In this document: piece after piece, positions 59,194 to 60,634 of the stretch
How the letters are laid out: each line of letters begins with the position of its first letter
Position numbering within the stretch: the first letter of the stretch is position 1
IMG/VR virus record: IMGVR_UViG_3300033142_002332
Span: 1-60,634 of that record
Direction: 5' to 3' (one strand)
DNA from: a virus
Taxonomy: Duplodnaviria > Caudoviricetes
Length of the DNA stretch: 60,634 nt
Position numbers and translations under genes: made by a program
The notes under the pieces: generated by a model
Seen by the model: only the letters and a program-made list of their open reading frames with translations
Database searches by the model: none
Told to the model about the DNA's origin: nothing

Positions 59194-59541
59194 ATGTCAT
59201 GGTTTCCGTTTGATAAAAAAGATAACACTTTTCAAGGTTCTATATTAGGTAGTCCAGATATTCCAGGAGAACATAGGGTTAAGTGGTACCTTGTAGAAGA
59301 CAAAGAATTTATACCAAGAATTATGAAAGCTCCTATTAAGAATGTCCCATCAGAAAACTTTGTTCCTGATTTAAAAAAGATAAATCAAATAGATACAGAA
59401 GGAACTCTTATTTATCCTGAAGATAGACTGTATACAGGTAAAGCACCGATCCTTTTAAGAGATATTGTGGTTAAGCTAAAAGATAGAATAAAACAGTTAG
59501 AGGATAGAGTAACTTTACTAGAGGAGAAAGTTAATGTCTAA
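59194..59541 (+). CDS. Putative tail fibre assembly protein
   Basis: C-terminal coiled coil LKDRIKQLEDRV..LE; AGGAGG RBS. Confidence 0.45.
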   Translation: MSWFPFDKKDNTFQGSILGSPDIPGEHRVKWYLVEDKEFIPRIMKAPIKNVPSENFVPDLKKINQIDTEGTLIYPEDRLYTGKAPILLRDIVVKLKDRIKQLEDRVTLLEEKVNV

Positions 59542-59752
59542 TATATTAAAAGTAAATAAAGGCGGTAAGATTAAGCAATATTCTACTGCTTCCCAAAAGA
59601 GAACTAACTTACTTGATAACAATTCTGTTACTAGGGATATGTTAAATGACAATATTGTTAATTATGATAAACTTGATGAAATTACTAAAGCAAAGATAGA
59701 TTTAATAGCTACTCTTGAATCAAGAATAACTGTGTTAGAAGGATATCATTAA
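59534..59752 (+). CDS. Small fibre-related protein
   Basis: DNSVT..ML.D..V...KL repeat and LESRI..LE end. Confidence 0.45.
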   Translation: MSNILKVNKGGKIKQYSTASQKRTNLLDNNSVTRDMLNDNIVNYDKLDEITKAKIDLIATLESRITVLEGYH

Positions 59753-59783
59753 TTTTATAATTATAGCCTTATAAAAAAATAAT

Positions 59784-60119
59784 ATGATTAATATAAGCAA
59801 AGAAGAATATGAGAGGTTAGTTAAGTCCATTTCTGATGTTAGATCTCTTAGTTCTTCTGGAATAGTTAACGGTGATAAAAAAGAATTGTTTCAAAGTGTA
59901 TCTAGAATTGAAGAAAGCTTAAAGGGCGTTCATAAAATTATTGATTTATTGCCATTTCATACAAAACAGATCAATAATATAGAAATAAAACTTGCTGAAA
60001 CTGAAACAAAAATAGAAAAAGCTAAATGGGTAGTAATAATAGCTATTTTATCAATTGTATCTTCTGTTAGTTCTTTGGGTAGTGTTGTTCTTCTTTATTT
60101 AAAACATTTAGTTAATTAA
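59784..60119 (+). CDS. Putative holin (coiled coil + C-terminal TM)
   Basis: Hydrophobic WVVIIAILSIV...; directly upstream of the endolysin. Confidence 0.5.
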   Translation: MINISKEEYERLVKSISDVRSLSSSGIVNGDKKELFQSVSRIEESLKGVHKIIDLLPFHTKQINNIEIKLAETETKIEKAKWVVIIAILSIVSSVSSLGSVVLLYLKHLVN

Positions 60120-60130
60120 GTTTTTATATT

Positions 60131-60526
60131 GTGAATAATCTTTTTAGTTTTAGTAAATATTCTCTTGAACGATTAGTAACTTGTCATAATGATCTAAAAA
60201 AACTATTTAATGAAGTTATAAAAAGATATGATTGTATTATATTAGAGGGTCATCGTTCAAATAAACGTCAAGAAGAACTTTTTAGACAAGGTAAATCTAA
60301 AATAAAGGCAGGAGGTAACCATAATTACTTTCCTTCACTAGCAATTGATGTCATTCCTTATCCCATAAATTGGAACGATAAGAAACGTTTTTATCATTTT
60401 GTAGGCTATGTTAAAGGAATTTCTGACTCCATTGATATTCATATTCGCTGCGGAGCTGACTGGGATAATGACAATGATATTAATGATCAAAATTTTATTG
60501 ATTTACCGCATTTTGAATTGAAATAA
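60131..60526 (+). CDS. Endolysin, M15 family L-Ala-D-Glu peptidase
   Basis: EGHRS..RQ..L, H....S.AID, IR.GADW, DLPHFEL. Confidence 0.9.
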   Translation: MNNLFSFSKYSLERLVTCHNDLKKLFNEVIKRYDCIILEGHRSNKRQEELFRQGKSKIKAGGNHNYFPSLAIDVIPYPINWNDKKRFYHFVGYVKGISDSIDIHIRCGADWDNDNDINDQNFIDLPHFELK

Positions 60527-60551
60527 TAATGAAGTTACATATAATATAACA

Positions 60552-60634
60552 ATGGAAGATAAAAAACAACAAGACTTTTGGAATAAGTATAAAATAGGAA
60601 CTAGAGTCATGTTTTCAACTATATGGCTTATTTT
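60552..60634 (+). CDS. Partial ORF running off the window (possible lysis membrane protein)
   Basis: MEDKKQQDFWNKYKIGTRVMFSTIWL..., open to the end. Confidence 0.35.
   Translation, partial: MEDKKQQDFWNKYKIGTRVMFSTIWLI

Noticed and set aside
51139-59541. Diversity-generating retroelement or invertase-shuffled fibres
   Set aside because: No reverse transcriptase or invertase in the window and no TR/VR-like repeat pair noticed by eye; a self-alignment would be needed to exclude it fully.
1-60634. Stop-codon reassignment
   Set aside because: Conserved genes are full length in the standard code and end in TAA, TAG and TGA.
1-60634. tRNA/rRNA genes, integrase, att sites, terminase and portal
   Set aside because: None recognised; intergenic gaps are short and AT-rich. 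Packaging genes probably lie outside the window, and lifestyle cannot be determined.

Overview
AT-rich, gene-dense fragment of a large myovirus-type (contractile-tail) phage genome whose virion module follows the SPO1/Twort (Herelleviridae-like) layout: prohead protease, scaffold, major capsid protein, neck, tail sheath, tube, chaperones, tape measure, baseplate, several tail-fibre proteins and a holin/M15 endolysin end. Non-virion cargo interrupts this backbone. (i) Class III RNR nrdD/nrdG, with an HTH and two Cys4 fingers fused ahead of the NrdD ATP-cone. (ii) An envelope-directed block: amidase-glucosaminidase, signal-peptide WD40-PKD protein, and an intact plus a degenerate thermonuclease. 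(iii) A divergent island built from four copies of one ~78-bp sigma70-type promoter cassette, which drive a ParA-type ATPase, a receiver-less CheB methylesterase and small membrane proteins. (iv) An HTH-repeat/Vsr-like nuclease/methyltransferase fusion with its own promoter between sheath and tube. (v) Further MTases, dCTP deaminase and decayed phosphoesterase/RM/P63C genes. The best candidate for an undescribed system is the promoter-cassette island expressing a stand-alone CheB, possibly phage control of host chemotaxis. All calls come from motif recognition by eye; no searches were run.
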